A stretch of DNA of 64,000 bases, from the NCBI GenBank assembly GCA_963693365.1, contig CAVNZM010000003.1, positions 12,801,252 to 12,865,251 on the forward strand, written 5' to 3'. The notes under the pieces are model-generated. The model saw only the letters and a list, made by a program, of their open reading frames with translations, did not search any database and was not told where the DNA came from. Made by a program: the position numbers and the translations under genes. Shown here piece by piece: positions 42,479 through 55,087 of the stretch (position 1 is its first letter; each line of letters opens with the position of its first letter). Origin of the DNA: Amoebidium appalachense. Taxonomy: Eukaryota; Protista; Ichthyosporea.

Positions 42479-43323
42479 GTGCGGCACCCCAGAGATCCGG
42501 GCGCAGGTATTTACACGGGACTGCAGCCACCAGGAGATTGAGCCCGTGATCCAGCGCATCTCTGCCACCACGGCGGCGCTCAACAGCAAGGGCCCGGCCT
42601 TCTTCTACACAGATCGCTGCTGCCAAGACCGAGCGTTTGTTGAGCGCATGTTTCCAACCCTAGCCCGGCCAAAATGCCCCGTCCGTCTGAACGAGGCTGC
42701 GCTGGTAAGCGTGACGGATGGTCTGCCTGGGCTGGAGCTGCCGGCCAACTACCCTCAGCCGGTGTACACCGACTGCCAGGGGGCGGTGGTGGCCACAGCG
42801 GCCATTCGGGCCGACCTGGAGGGGCAGCAGCACCGGGTGGTGGGGCTGGCCTGCGAGTGGGTCTATCGGGTGGGCCAGGCGCGGTCCAAGGTTTGCACGC
42901 TGCAGATTGCCACCGCACGGGCCGTGTGCATCTTCCACTTGGCACGCATAGGCCCCAACCACAGCCCGCCCGCGCGGCTGGTGGACGAGCTGATTGCGCT
43001 GCTTAGGGACCCCAGCATCATCAAGGTGGGCAAGCAGATCGGCACGGACTCGGCCCACCTCAACAAGGACTACGGCACCCCTGTGGCCAGCTATCTGGAG
43101 CTGGGCCGGTTCTGCTACGCCCGTGCAGCTATCACCTCTGCGGCCCGGGGCTTGGCCGACATCACTGCCCAGGTCATAGGCAAGAAGCTGCCCAAGCCGG
43201 CACTTGTTCGGTGCTCCAACTGGCACGAGCCGCTATCAGATGTGCAGGCCACCTACGCTGCCCTTGATGCATATGCGTCCCTGCAGGTCTACTCGGCCGT
43301 GGTCGATAGGCCAAACCTGTCAG
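42479..43323 (+). CDS. Exon encoding a transposase-like segment fused to a WRN/RNase D-type 3'-5' exonuclease domain
   Basis: EIRAQVFT...FYTDRCCQDRAFVERMFPTL followed by VVGLACEW, TLQIAT, DPSIIKVG, RCSNW, YAALDAY; donor CAG|GTGTGT at 43324; the 5' boundary is approximate. Confidence 0.75.
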
Positions 43324-43332
43324 GTGTGTATC

Positions 43333-46300
43333 TGTCATCTTCACTTGATTCTCAGCAAGACTTAGAAGTTGAGTTTTGTATTTATTTATTAGTTGTTGTA
43401 GTTTGTTTCCTTTTCCTTTCTTCATTTCTTTCTTTCTTTTCCGTTTCCGTGTACACGACATCTTAGATCTGTGTACGTATCGACATACTTAGCTCGCGCA
43501 CACGTATTGTCGTTTGCGTCAAAATCTATATATGTCATCCAATCATATCTCGTTTGTATTTTCCCAAATATAGTAACTTACATTCCTTTCTCATTCCTTT
43601 CCCACGACGTAGCATTGTGCTATGTTCTTCAACTATTAGGAATAATTATATTTAGACGTGTTATGATAACAACATGTATAAATGTATGTTATGAATTAAT
43701 AGTTACATAAGTGGTTTCATTTTATTAAATGTTTCTGTGCTTTTATTAGAAGTTTCTTTCATTAGAGGATTGAGTTTTATATTCTATGTGTCGACAGACA
43801 TTTTAATCAATATATTTTACACTCATAGTTTTCGTTCTTTTGATTGGTTTATCGTTTCACATTCCCAAGTATAAAAGGGACCTCATCTTGAAATAAATCA
43901 TAAGCAGTCGTATTCATTTCCTATGGTTCCAGAAATCGTTCCACCTCTCCGGTTGTGTTTTTCCCGTGTGTCTCTGTGTTGTGTATATCATAACACCCAT
44001 CTGTGCTCTCTGCTTCTCCGTTTACCCACACAAAATAACAGGTTTACGGCCCCTTTGCACGCTAACACACAATCTCGCTACAACCGCGAAAATCTCTCAG
44101 TCTTACTTCTTCAATCATGACTGACAAACCGTCGTATATCAACCTTCCAATATGGAATCCGTCCGAGAAACGAGACGAGAAACGTCTTAATTATTTCGAG
44201 TGGGAGCCACTCATTCACCGGTTCATTAGAACAACCATTGCCGAGAAATTCGTTGACGCTATCAAGAGGCCACAGTGGGTTGACGGCGCTGAAGCCAACC
44301 AGTGGCTAGGCTACACCACCAAGGACTCCTACAAGAAAGCTTCCGACGTCCTCGATCAGATCCTCAACCAGTCCGTCCACCCGACCGAGCTCTACGACTC
44401 CGGCCGGATGCAAGACGGTGTCCACGGTGGTGAAGTCTTCCATAACCTACGTATGGCGTATGTAGCAGAGAAGGAGGCCCGAGTCACCCAGATCCAAGTC
44501 ACCTTCGAGGAGCTTGAACTACGAGACTACCCCAACGTCACAGCATACCTCACCCGTCTCCAACGTCTGGCTACGACACTTGCCTGCCTCGACGAGCCCG
44601 TCCAGCACAAGGATGTCGTACGCAAGTTCTTCCTTCACCTCAGGAAGAACACGGCCCTGGTCTGCTCCGACATTGAACGTCTCTGCTCCGACTACTGGAT
44701 GAACAACAAGGCCTACCCGTCCTTCAACATGCTCATCAGTGACATCCGAGGAGCTGAAATCCGTGCCGGCCTCATCGACGCAGGCACTGGTGCAACCGTC
44801 AACAACCGTCCCCTCCGTGCACTCCAGAGCAGAGTGCTTCCCCCCGGTGACCTCCGTAACCGTATTCCTCGACGTGAGCATACACCTCACCGATCCCCGT
44901 CCCGTTCCCGTGATCCTCGTCCGTCCTCCAAGTCACCCGGCCCCCGTTCAACTTCCCCTTACCACCGTGGTAACAGGGACAACCGTAACCGACAGCACAA
45001 CACCAAGAAGGTGGAGTGTTCCTACTGCCATGAGCCCCACCACATCACAGCATGCCCGGAGCCTGGCTGTACAGTTGCTCGTCGTGCCAAGCAGGAGAAA
45101 GGTGACAAGAGTGTGAAATTTGCACTCATCTCCTCCACCGGCACACCTGACAGTAACGACCCCGTCTGGGACAGTGCTTGTAATGCACACATCTGCCCCA
45201 TCAAGGAGTATTTCTCCTCCCTTACCCCGTGTCCTCCCACCCCCATTCACGGCCTCGGCACAGTCAATGCCAAACAATGTGGCATCATCAACATGACACT
45301 GCACTACAACGGCCACCCAACCCCGTGCAGCATCAATGCTTACTACGTACCCGAGGCACCGTCTTTCCTCGTGTCTACCTCCATGGCCTCAGCTGCCGGC
45401 CTCCTAGGTCATTGTGACGATACAGACAACCACCCGTCGTTCCTCTACAGCCGTAATGGTGACATCATTACAGATCTCACCCCCCTCGACGGTCTCTACT
45501 ACATCACTGACTATGTGATTGAGACTCCTAAACACCCGGGGGTCCAAGCCTACACAGGAAAGACTCAACCACCCGACGACCTCACCCTTTGGCACAACCG
45601 TCTCGGCCACCGTGCCCTCTCCACCGTCACCAGGATGGCCAAGGATGAGCTTGTCATCGGCATGCCCCCCTCCCTCAAGTCACCCGACAACAGTGACTGC
45701 TTCGGCTGCATGTCTGGCAAGACCACCAAGGCGCCCTTTCCCGGCACCCGTTCCAAGTTCACCATTCCCGGTGCTAAGTGGCACCTGGACTTCTTCGAAG
45801 CTCCCTGTGCTTCCTACGGAGGCTACAAGGTTGCTCTGGTGTGTGTTTGTGATGCCACCGGTTACACCACCGTGTTCCCCCTCTACAACCGTGGTGAAAC
45901 CCTCAGCCACATTCACTCTCTCGTTGAAACCATCGAACGTCAGACACCTGTGATCGTCACCCATCTTCGGTTTGACTCCGGCTCTGAGTTCACCTCCAAG
46001 GACACCGAGGCCTACTGCAAACAGAAAGGCATCATCATGGAGTTTGCCCCCGTCGACACACCACAACACAACGGTGTTGTTGAACGGAAGATGAGAGAAC
46101 TGCAAGAGACAGTCCGTTGCTTCCTCCATGCCGACAAGGACCAACCTCTCTCTCCCAAGTTGTGGGTTGCTGCTCTCAAGCATGCAGGCTACATCATCAA
46201 CGTCACACCGTCATCTGCTGCCAACGGCAACACTCCCTTCGAGGCCTTCCACGGCTTCAAACCCGATGTCTCCCAGCTCCACGTGTTCGGCTCCCCTGCC

Positions 46301-48484
46301 TATGTGCATGTTCCCCGGTCAAAGAGGAACAAGCTGGCATCAACCGTCAGAGTCGGCACCTACGTCGGCTGGGACCTACCCTCCAAGGCACACAAGATCC
46401 TCGACCATGCCAGCAACCAAATCAAGATCTGCCGTGATGTGATCTTCGACGAGTCGAAATTCACGAGCAGCACCAATCAGGTCACCGTTCCCCCCAAACC
46501 CGATCTGCCGACATTGGACCCCCCCTCCGACGACGACGATGAAACTCCGTCTGTGGTCATCTCCCAACCGTCCTGGCACAACCAACCAGCCCCGGTTGAA
46601 CCCGTGCCTCCACCGAGCCCCCCCCCCACTGGCCAACAACCCTTGCTGCCGGCCCCCCCCATTGCTGTGCATCAACCCGGGTACATGACTCCGGTTCGTC
46701 CTGGGTCCCCCACCTTCCACTCGGCCTCGAGCAGCCCTGTGGACACCGATGCCCCCCTCACCACCGGTCCTATTCCTGGCTTCCATGCCCCTGTCCCGGC
46801 CTCCACCACCTACCCGGCCACCACCCCCCTCAAGGACCCCCCCAAGCCCAACCTTCGTCGGTCTACACGTCTCACCAAGACTCCAACGGCACTGGTCAGC
46901 ATCGTAGCACCGACCATCAACATTGACCAGCTCCCCAAGGGCATTCAAAAGCTTTGCAACGGTCCCAACGGTGATGCCGTCATAGCTGCCCTCACCTCCG
47001 AGTACCAAGCCTTCATCACCAAGGATGTCTTCACCATTGTTGATCCCCCCCCTGGTGCCAACATCATCAAGTTCAAGTGGATTGTGACTGAGAAAGTCCT
47101 CAACTCAGCCGGTGACACCAAGATCAAAGCTCGTGGTGTTGCAAAGGGCTTCACTCAAGTCTACGGTGTTGACTACGGTGACACCTCTTCCCCCGTGGTG
47201 ATGTCCTCCTCTGTCCGTGCCCTCCTTGCCATCGGTGTGGACGGAAACCATGAGATTCATCAACTCGACGTCTCAACTGCATTCCTCAACAGTCCTCTTC
47301 AAGAAGACATCTACATTGAGCCACCACCTGGCTTCATCACCCCCGGCAACGAACACAAGGTCTGGAAACTTAAGAAGGCACTCTACGGGCTCAAGCAAGC
47401 ATCACTGGCCTGGTATGAGTACTTCGACAAGGTCCTCCTTGCTCACGGTCTTGAACGTCTCCGTTCAGATCCATGTGTCTACATCAAGACCTTCCCCAAC
47501 GGTGACATCATCCTCACTGGCAACTATGTGGACGACGTCATCATCATCTGCACGGCCAACTCTTCCCACACCAAGGATCTAGTAGACCACATCATGAAGT
47601 CAGCTCTCTGCAAGGTTGACCTTCCCGACATCTTCCTTGGCACCCAGCTCATCCACACCCCCGGTCACCTCAAGCTGCTTCAACAATCCTACATCAACGA
47701 CATCGTCAGAGACTTCAACCTCAACGATGCTCACCCCAAGGCTACTCCCATTCCCGTCGGCACCGTCATCACCATCAACGAGAACGACTCACCACCCATC
47801 AAGGTTCCCTACCGTGAACTACTCGGCCGTCTTTTGTGGGTTGCTCGTTGTTCCCGGCCCGACATCTCCTTTGCCATCGGCTACCTCGGTAGATTCAGTG
47901 CCAACCCCACCAAACTTGCATGGGAATGCCTACTCCGTGTAGTTCGGTACCTCATCGGCACTTCCAACCTCGGCCTTCACTACGACAAGTCTGCTTCCGA
48001 CGACAACACCCCCTTGCTGGAGTGTTATTCTGATGCTGACTTTGCCAACTGCCCCAACACCCGTCGTTCAACCACCGGATACGTCATCTTCTTCAAGGGC
48101 ATACCCATCACATGGTATTCGAAGCTGCAGTCCATCACGGCAACATCCACCACCGAGGCTGAGCTTCTGGCCATCAATGCTGCTGTTCAAAACGTCATCT
48201 GGCACCGTGATCTCCTCCGTGAACTCGGCTACCCGATGACCGACCCCACCCCCGTCTACTGTGACAACCAGTCCACCATTGCCCTTCTGCACACCAACAG
48301 CATCAAGCACCGGACCAAACACATTGCAGTCCGGTACCACAACACGAAGGACTACATCAAGAGTGGGGATGTGGTCGTCACCTACGTGTCCAGCAAAGCC
48401 AACGTGGCTGACATCTTCACCAAGCCCCTGCCCGGGCCCTCCCACGAGCAGCACCGTGATTCACTCAGTCTTCATGACTGAGTA

Positions 48485-48523
<39 letters not shown>

Positions 48524-49713
48524 TTTCATCTACAGTGGTCTTCAAGTAGGTTGGGGCACTGGCCAGTGGTCTACACATCACCGTGTAGAGACACCTCCCA
48601 ACGAAAGTCTACTGCTGTCTTCATCGATCTTCAGTGTGTGCATCTTCAGTGGAGATTTCTTCTCCACCATCCGTCGTTTATTTATATACCATCATATATA
48701 TAATGTATCAATCATTAGCCACCAACACGTCACACATACACTAGTTGTTTTCTTCTATATATATTTATATATCGTCATTGGCTACCGTCATGTTCCGAGT
48801 CTTCAGAGGCAACCGTCGTTGTGTGCTTCTTCCGTTTTGGTTTTCTTCCCCGGCTTGCACCTTCAAGTCTTCTTCATTGTCTTCTCGAGTGGGGAAACTT
48901 GACTGTGACTTCACGGCACCTGCTTCTACATGTGTGAGAGTCTTAACATCAACAGTCACATCAACAAACTTCACGAGAACCCAACTTCCAACCCTTGAGT
49001 GGGGATGTCATCTTCACTTGATTCTCAGCAAGACTTAGAAGTTGAGTTTTGTATTTATTTATTAGTTGTTGTAGTTTGTTTCCTTTTCCTTTCTTCATTT
49101 CTTTCTTTCTTTTCCGTTTCCGTGTACACGACATCTTAGATCTGTGTACGTATCGACATACTTAGCTCGCGCACACGTATTGTCGTTTGCGTCAAAATCT
49201 ATATATGTCATCCAATCATATCTCGTTTGTATTTTCCCAAATATAGTAACTTACATTCCTTTCTCATTCCTTTCCCACGACGTAGCATTGTGCTATGTTC
49301 TTCAACTATTAGGAATAATTATATTTAGACGTGTTATGATAAGAACATGTATAAATGTATGTTATGAATTAATAGTTACATAAGTGGTTTCATTTTATTA
49401 AATGTTTCTGTGCTTTTATTAGAAGTTTCTTTCATTAGAGGATTGAGTTTTATATTCTATGTGTCGACAGACATTTTAATCAATATATTTTACACTCATA
49501 GTTTTCGTTCTTTTGATTGGTTTATCGTTTCACATTCCCAAGTATAAAAGGGACCTCATCTTGAAATAAATCATAAGCAGTCGTATTCATTTCCTATGGT
49601 TCCAGAAATCGTTCCTCCTCTCCGGTTGTGTTTTTCCCGTGTGTCTCTGTGTTGTGTATATCATAACACCCATCTGTGCTCTCTGCTTCTCCGTTTACCC
49701 ACACAAAATAACA
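43333..49713 (+). mobile_element. Intact full-length Copia LTR retrotransposon
   Basis: 708-bp LTRs at 43333-44040 and 49006-49713 (two substitutions noticed), TSD GTATC, PBS GGTTTACGGCCCC, PPT GAGTGGGGA. Confidence 0.97.
44117..48481 (+). CDS. Copia gag-pol polyprotein, 1454 aa, uninterrupted
   Basis: CSYCHEPHHITAC, WDSAC, LWHNRLGH, HLDFF/FDSGSEF/NGVVERKMR, QLDVSTAFLN, YVDD, YSDADFA, ADIFTKPL. Confidence 0.97.
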   Translation: MTDKPSYINLPIWNPSEKRDEKRLNYFEWEPLIHRFIRTTIAEKFVDAIKRPQWVDGAEANQWLGYTTKDSYKKASDVLDQILNQSVHPTELYDSGRMQDGVHGGEVFHNLRMAYVAEKEARVTQIQVTFEELELRDYPNVTAYLTRLQRLATTLACLDEPVQHKDVVRKFFLHLRKNTALVCSDIERLCSDYWMNNKAYPSFNMLISDIRGAEIRAGLIDAGTGATVNNRPLRALQSRVLPPGDLRNRIPRREHTPHRSPSRSRDPRPSSKSPGPRSTSPYHRGNRDNRNRQHNTKKVECSYCHEPHHITACPEPGCTVARRAKQEKGDKSVKFALISSTGTPDSNDPVWDSACNAHICPIKEYFSSLTPCPPTPIHGLGTVNAKQCGIINMTLHYNGHPTPCSINAYYVPEAPSFLVSTSMASAAGLLGHCDDTDNHPSFLYSRNGDIITDLTPLDGLYYITDYVIETPKHPGVQAYTGKTQPPDDLTLWHNRLGHRALSTVTRMAKDELVIGMPPSLKSPDNSDCFGCMSGKTTKAPFPGTRSKFTIPGAKWHLDFFEAPCASYGGYKVALVCVCDATGYTTVFPLYNRGETLSHIHSLVETIERQTPVIVTHLRFDSGSEFTSKDTEAYCKQKGIIMEFAPVDTPQHNGVVERKMRELQETVRCFLHADKDQPLSPKLWVAALKHAGYIINVTPSSAANGNTPFEAFHGFKPDVSQLHVFGSPAYVHVPRSKRNKLASTVRVGTYVGWDLPSKAHKILDHASNQIKICRDVIFDESKFTSSTNQVTVPPKPDLPTLDPPSDDDDETPSVVISQPSWHNQPAPVEPVPPPSPPPTGQQPLLPAPPIAVHQPGYMTPVRPGSPTFHSASSSPVDTDAPLTTGPIPGFHAPVPASTTYPATTPLKDPPKPNLRRSTRLTKTPTALVSIVAPTINIDQLPKGIQKLCNGPNGDAVIAALTSEYQAFITKDVFTIVDPPPGANIIKFKWIVTEKVLNSAGDTKIKARGVAKGFTQVYGVDYGDTSSPVVMSSSVRALLAIGVDGNHEIHQLDVSTAFLNSPLQEDIYIEPPPGFITPGNEHKVWKLKKALYGLKQASLAWYEYFDKVLLAHGLERLRSDPCVYIKTFPNGDIILTGNYVDDVIIICTANSSHTKDLVDHIMKSALCKVDLPDIFLGTQLIHTPGHLKLLQQSYINDIVRDFNLNDAHPKATPIPVGTVITINENDSPPIKVPYRELLGRLLWVARCSRPDISFAIGYLGRFSANPTKLAWECLLRVVRYLIGTSNLGLHYDKSASDDNTPLLECYSDADFANCPNTRRSTTGYVIFFKGIPITWYSKLQSITATSTTEAELLAINAAVQNVIWHRDLLRELGYPMTDPTPVYCDNQSTIALLHTNSIKHRTKHIAVRYHNTKDYIKSGDVVVTYVSSKANVADIFTKPLPGPSHEQHRDSLSLHD

Positions 49714-50072
49714 GTATCCCACCTGCTTTTTGCCCCAGTGCTTATGTGCTTATGCCAGATATAGAAAGATTGTGGGCCCCCCAGAGGAGAGGGGAGGGGG
49801 AGGGGGGGGGGGGGGGTGGCTGACCACGTGGGCCAGTGTTCCAGTTGTGTTATGCTGGGTGTCGGGTGGCTATCAAAGGAGGGGGGCAGCCTGATTGGTG
49901 GTGGTGGTGGTGGTGGTGGGGGGGGGGGGGGGGGGGAGCTATAGCACTGTTAACACGTGCAAGTGCCACACAAGCTGGGCACTGGGAGAGGGGGGGGGGG
50001 GGGTAGGGAGAAGGGGGGGGGGGGGGAAGGGGGGTTGCTAAGGAATATGCATTTGATATTTGTGGAGCGAAT

Positions 50073-53000
50073 TGGCCTCAACTGCCGGCCTCCTAGGTCA
50101 TTGTGACGGTACAGACAACCACCCGTCGTTCCTCTACAGCCGTAATGGTGACATCATTTCAGATCTCACCCCCCTCAACGGTCTCTACTACATCACTGAC
50201 TATGTGATTGAGACTCCTCAACACCCGTGGGTCCAAGCCTACACAGCAAGGACTCAACCAACCGACGACCTCACCCTTTGGCACAACCGTCTCGGCCACC
50301 GTGCCCCATCCACCGTCACCAGGATGGCCAAGAATGAGCTTGTCATCGGCATGCCCCCCTCCCTCAAGTCACCCGACCACAGTGACTGCTTCGGCTGCAT
50401 GTCTGGCAAGACCACCAAGGCTCCATTTCCCGGCACCCGTTCCCGGTTCACCATCCCCGGTGCTAAGTGGCACCTGGACTTCTTCGAAGCTCCCTGTGCT
50501 TCCTACGGAGGCTACAAGGTTGCTCTGGTGTGTGTTTGTGATGCCACCGGCTACACCACCGTGTTCCCCCTCTACAACCGTGGTGAAACCCTCAGCTACA
50601 TTCAGTCTCTCGTTGAAACCTCGAACGTCAGACACCTGAGATCGTCACTCATCTTCGGTTTGACTCCGGCTCCGAGTTCACATCCAAGGACACCAAGGCC
50701 TACTGCAAGCAGAAAGCCATCATCATGGAGTTTGCCCCCGTCGACACACCACAGCACAACGGTGTTGTTGAACGGAAGATGAGAGAACTGCAAGAGACAG
50801 TCCGTTGCCGCCGAGTCCTTCATGCCGACAAGGACCAACCTCTCTCTCCCAAGTTGTGGGTTGCTGCTCTCAAGCATGCTGGCTACATCATCAACATCAC
50901 ACCGTCATCTGCTGCCAACGGCAACACCCCCTTCGAGGCCTTCCACGGCTTCAAACCCGACGTCTCCCAGCTCCACGTGTTCGGCTGGGATCTGCCCTCC
51001 AAGGCACACAAGATCCTCGACCGTGCCAGCAACCAAGTCAAGATCTGCCGTGATGTGATCTTCGACGAGTCAAAATTCACGAGCAGCACCAATCAGGTCC
51101 CCGATCCCCCCAAACCCGATATGCCGACATTGGACCCCCCCTCCGACGACGACGATGAAACTCCGTCTGTGGTCATCTCCCAACCGTCCTGGCACAACCA
51201 ACCAGCCCCGGTTGAACCCGTGCCTCCCCCGAGCCCCCCCCCCACTGGCCAACAACCCTTGCTGCCGGCCCCCCCGTTGCTGTGCATCAACCCGGCTACA
51301 TGACTCCGGTTCGTCCTGGGTCCCCCACCTTCCACTCGGCCTCGAGCAGCCCTGTGGACACCGAAGCCCCCCTCACCACCGGTCCTACTCCTGGCTTCCA
51401 TGCCCCTGTCCCAGCCTACTCCACTTCCCCGGCCTCCACCCCCCTCAAGGACCCCCCCAAGCCCAACCTTCGTCGGTCTGCACGTCTCACCAAGCATCCA
51501 ACGGCACTGGTCAGCATCACAGCATCGACCATCAACATTGACCAACTCCCCAAGGGCATTCAAAAGCTTTGCAATGGTCCCAACGGTGATGCCGTCATAG
51601 CTGCCCTCACCTCCGAGTACCAAGCCTTCATCACCAAGGATGTCTTCACCGTCGTTGATCCCCCCCCTGATGCCAACATCATCAAGTTCAAGTGGATTGT
51701 GACTGAGAAAGTCCTCAACTCAGCCGGTGACACCAAGATCAAGGCTCGTGGTGTTGCAAAGGGCTTCACTCAAGTCTACGGTGTTGACTACGGTGACACC
51801 TCTTCCCCCGTGGTGATGTCTTCCTCCGTCCGTGCCCTCCTCGCCATTGGTGTGGACGGCAACAATGAGATTCATCAACTCGACGTCTCAACGGCCTTCC
51901 TCAACAGTCCCCTTCAAGAAGACATCTACATTGAGCCACCACCTGGCTTCATCACCCCCGGCAACGAGCACAAGGTCTGGAAACTCAAGAAGGCACTCTG
52001 CGGCCTCAAGCAGGCATCACTGGCCTGGTATGAGTACTTCGACAAGGTCCTCCTTGCTCACGGTCTCGAACGTCTCCGTTCAGATCCATGTGTCTACATC
52101 AAGACCTTCCCCAACGGTGACATCATCCTCACTGGCAACTATGTGGACGACGTCATCATCATCTGCACGGCAAACTCTTCCCACACCAAGGATCTAGTAG
52201 ACCACATCATGAAGTCAGCTCTCTGCAAGGTTGACCTCCCCGACATCTTCCTTGGCACCCAGCTCATCCACACCCCCGGTCATCTCAAGCTGCTTCAACA
52301 GTCCTACATCAACGACATCGTCAGAGACTTCAACCTCAACGATGCCCACCCCAAGGCTACTCCCATCCCCGTCGGTACCGTCATCACCAACAACGAGAAC
52401 GACTCACCACCCATCAAGGTTCCCTACCGTGAACTACTCGGCCGTCTTTTGTGGGTTGCTCGTTGTTCCCGGCCCGACATCTCCTTTGCCATCGGCTACC
52501 TCGGTAGATTCAGTGCCCACCCCACCAAACTTGCATGGGAATGTCTGCTCCGTGTAGTTAGGTACCTCATCGGCACTTCCAACCTTGGCCTTCACTACGA
52601 CAAGTCTGCATCCGACGACAACACCCCCTTGCTTGAGTGTTATTCTGATGCCGACTTTGCCAACTGCCCCAACACCCGTCGTTCAACCACCGGATACGTC
52701 ATCTTCTTCAAGGGCATACCAATCACATGGTATTCGAAGCTACAGTCCATCACGGCAACATCCACCACCGAGGCTGAGCTTCTGGCCATCAATGCTGCTG
52801 TTCAAAACGTCATCTGGCACCGTGATCTCCTCCGTGAACTCGGCTACCCGATGACCGACCCCACCCCCGTCTACTGTGACAACCAGTCCACCATTGCCCT
52901 CCTGCACACCAACAGCATCAAGCCGCGGACCAAACACATTGCCGTCCGGTACCACAACACGAAGGACTACATCAAGAGTGGGGATGTGGTCGTCACCTAC

Positions 53001-53437
53001 GTGTCCACCAAAGACAACGTGGCTGACATCTTCACCAAGCCCCTGCCCGGGCCCTCCCACGAGCAGCACCGTGCTTCACTCAGTCTTCGTGACTGAGTGT
53101 GCCCCCCCCCCCCCCCCCCCCCCCCCGTTTCATCTACAGTGGTCTTCAAGTAGGTTGGGGCCCTGGCCAGTGGTCTACACATCACCGTGTAGAGACACCT
53201 CCCAATGAAAGTCTACTGCTGTCTTCATCGATCTTCAGTGTGTGCATCTTCAGTGGGGACTTCTTCTCCACCATCCGTCGTTTATTTATATACCATCTGA
53301 TATATTGGTTTTCTTTTATATCCGACTTATATATCTGTCGAACTGGGATGGCGTCCCAGTATAAATAATTATTTATAGCCATGGCGTGCTGGTTGACTGC
53401 CAGTCTAAACCTAGTCCTCGGGATGCTCATTCCCCGT
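50073..53437 (+). pseudogene. Decayed LTR-less copy of the adjacent Copia family (integrase to 3' UTR)
   Basis: Highly similar to 45384-48700; frameshifts and a 78-bp deletion in the integrase region; RT-RNase H frame 51282-53096 is open. Confidence 0.93.
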
Positions 53438-53995
53438 TAGGTATAAATAAGAACATGCACCTAAAGGTCTTTCCCGTGGATCCTCCCCCCCCCCCCCCCC
53501 CCCCCCTCCCACCTCTCCCTCCCCCGAGGCCCCATCCATACTATGATATCTAGGCCCAATATTATATGCCCCTTCCCCCCCCCCCCCCCCTCTCCGGATC
53601 CCCGGACCCCACTTCCCTACCCGGAGGCTCAAGAGCTCCCCCTAAGGCTTCCCCTTCTCCCCCCCCCCCCTCCCCCCCCCCCCCCCAAAAGCTTACGGGG
53701 GCCCTAGGGGAGGGGGTGGGGGTGGGGGGGGGGGGGGGGGTGGGGGTGGGGGGAGGGAAGTGGAAGGCAGGGGTGGATGCATGTCAGCCTAGGTGAATTA
53801 AATTGTTTAACTCCAGTGTACAGGACTGGTCTGAAGGCTTAAGAAAACAACAAGGAAATGGGGTCCAGTGGAGGTGGTGGTGGTGTTCTGTGTGTGTGTG
53901 TACACGTGCACGTATGTGTGTGGTTTTTTTGGGGGGTGAGTGGTGGTGGTGGTGGTGGTGGTGGTCACCGTGGTGGTGGTGTGTGTGTCTGGTGT

Positions 53996-54047
<52 letters not shown>

Positions 54048-55087
54048 TAGAAAGAAAAACTGCTTGTGGGTCACTGTTTTTCGTCACTGTATTTGTAACG
54101 GGCCGCTCATATTTATATAACTACTTTAAGTACACGTGTTCATTATCATATACGATGGCCAAATATAGAAATTTTGGTGTCGAATTTCTTGGAGCTAAAA
54201 AAACGTATAAAAGGGGGAAATAATAGCTTGGCCCCAAATTTACCTTGCCATTTTTAGCGAATGTATTTTTTATTCATGAGTTCTAGTAATTCAGTGAGTG
54301 CACGTGCCTGCCTCAGGCTGATCATGACAACTGCAACACACCATTCCTACATGGATATCAACCAAAAGAAAATAGTATATACTGTGGTGGTCTCCTAAAC
54401 CTTGTTCGGCATGCGCATACATGATATTACAGTGACGCATGTGCATATTATTGTTCTGTACACCGGAGCGTGGTGCACGTGGCTGTTTTGTGCACATGTT
54501 ACAATAGCAGCACGATCTCCCTAAACTCCATGTTTACACATCCCTCACCCTGGCTCTGCCTTGTCGGTGCTCCAAAACACACACACAAATTCCCCTAGAC
54601 TCAGTGCCTGCACATGGTCGCATTCACGTGCAGGTCACGTGACACATGCAATGCCATACTGCCGTCTACAGCAACAACCACGGCAGCATGTATACCGGCC
54701 CAGCACGAAATATACTTATCGGCAGCCCACTGAACTCGCCTATTTTCTCTTTTTCATGTATGACCCTCCTTTTTTGTGAAATCACCCTTTTTGGCCTCCC
54801 TGTAGTGGATTTTGCAGGATTTGACTGCTTTGAGGTCCAAAAACCTCAAATTTTCCCCGGCGGGGCCGGGGAGGGAGAATTCAAAAATTGCCCGCTCCTG
54901 ATATGGTACCCGGGCCGGTTGGAGTATTTATCGATTCGGGTCGGATCAATATGGAGACACTGAGCCGCTTCACGTGGGAGCTAGAATTTAGAAATGCGGC
55001 AAATCTGGAAGTTCTAAATTGTCTTTAGAACGTTCTAAATTGTTCCGGTTCGCACAGGTATGATTTAGATAATTTAGAAACTCTACA

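Noticed and set aside
48482-49005. env-like ORF after Copia pol
   Set aside because: Only short ORFs over poly-C and UTR, not conserved in frame between copies.
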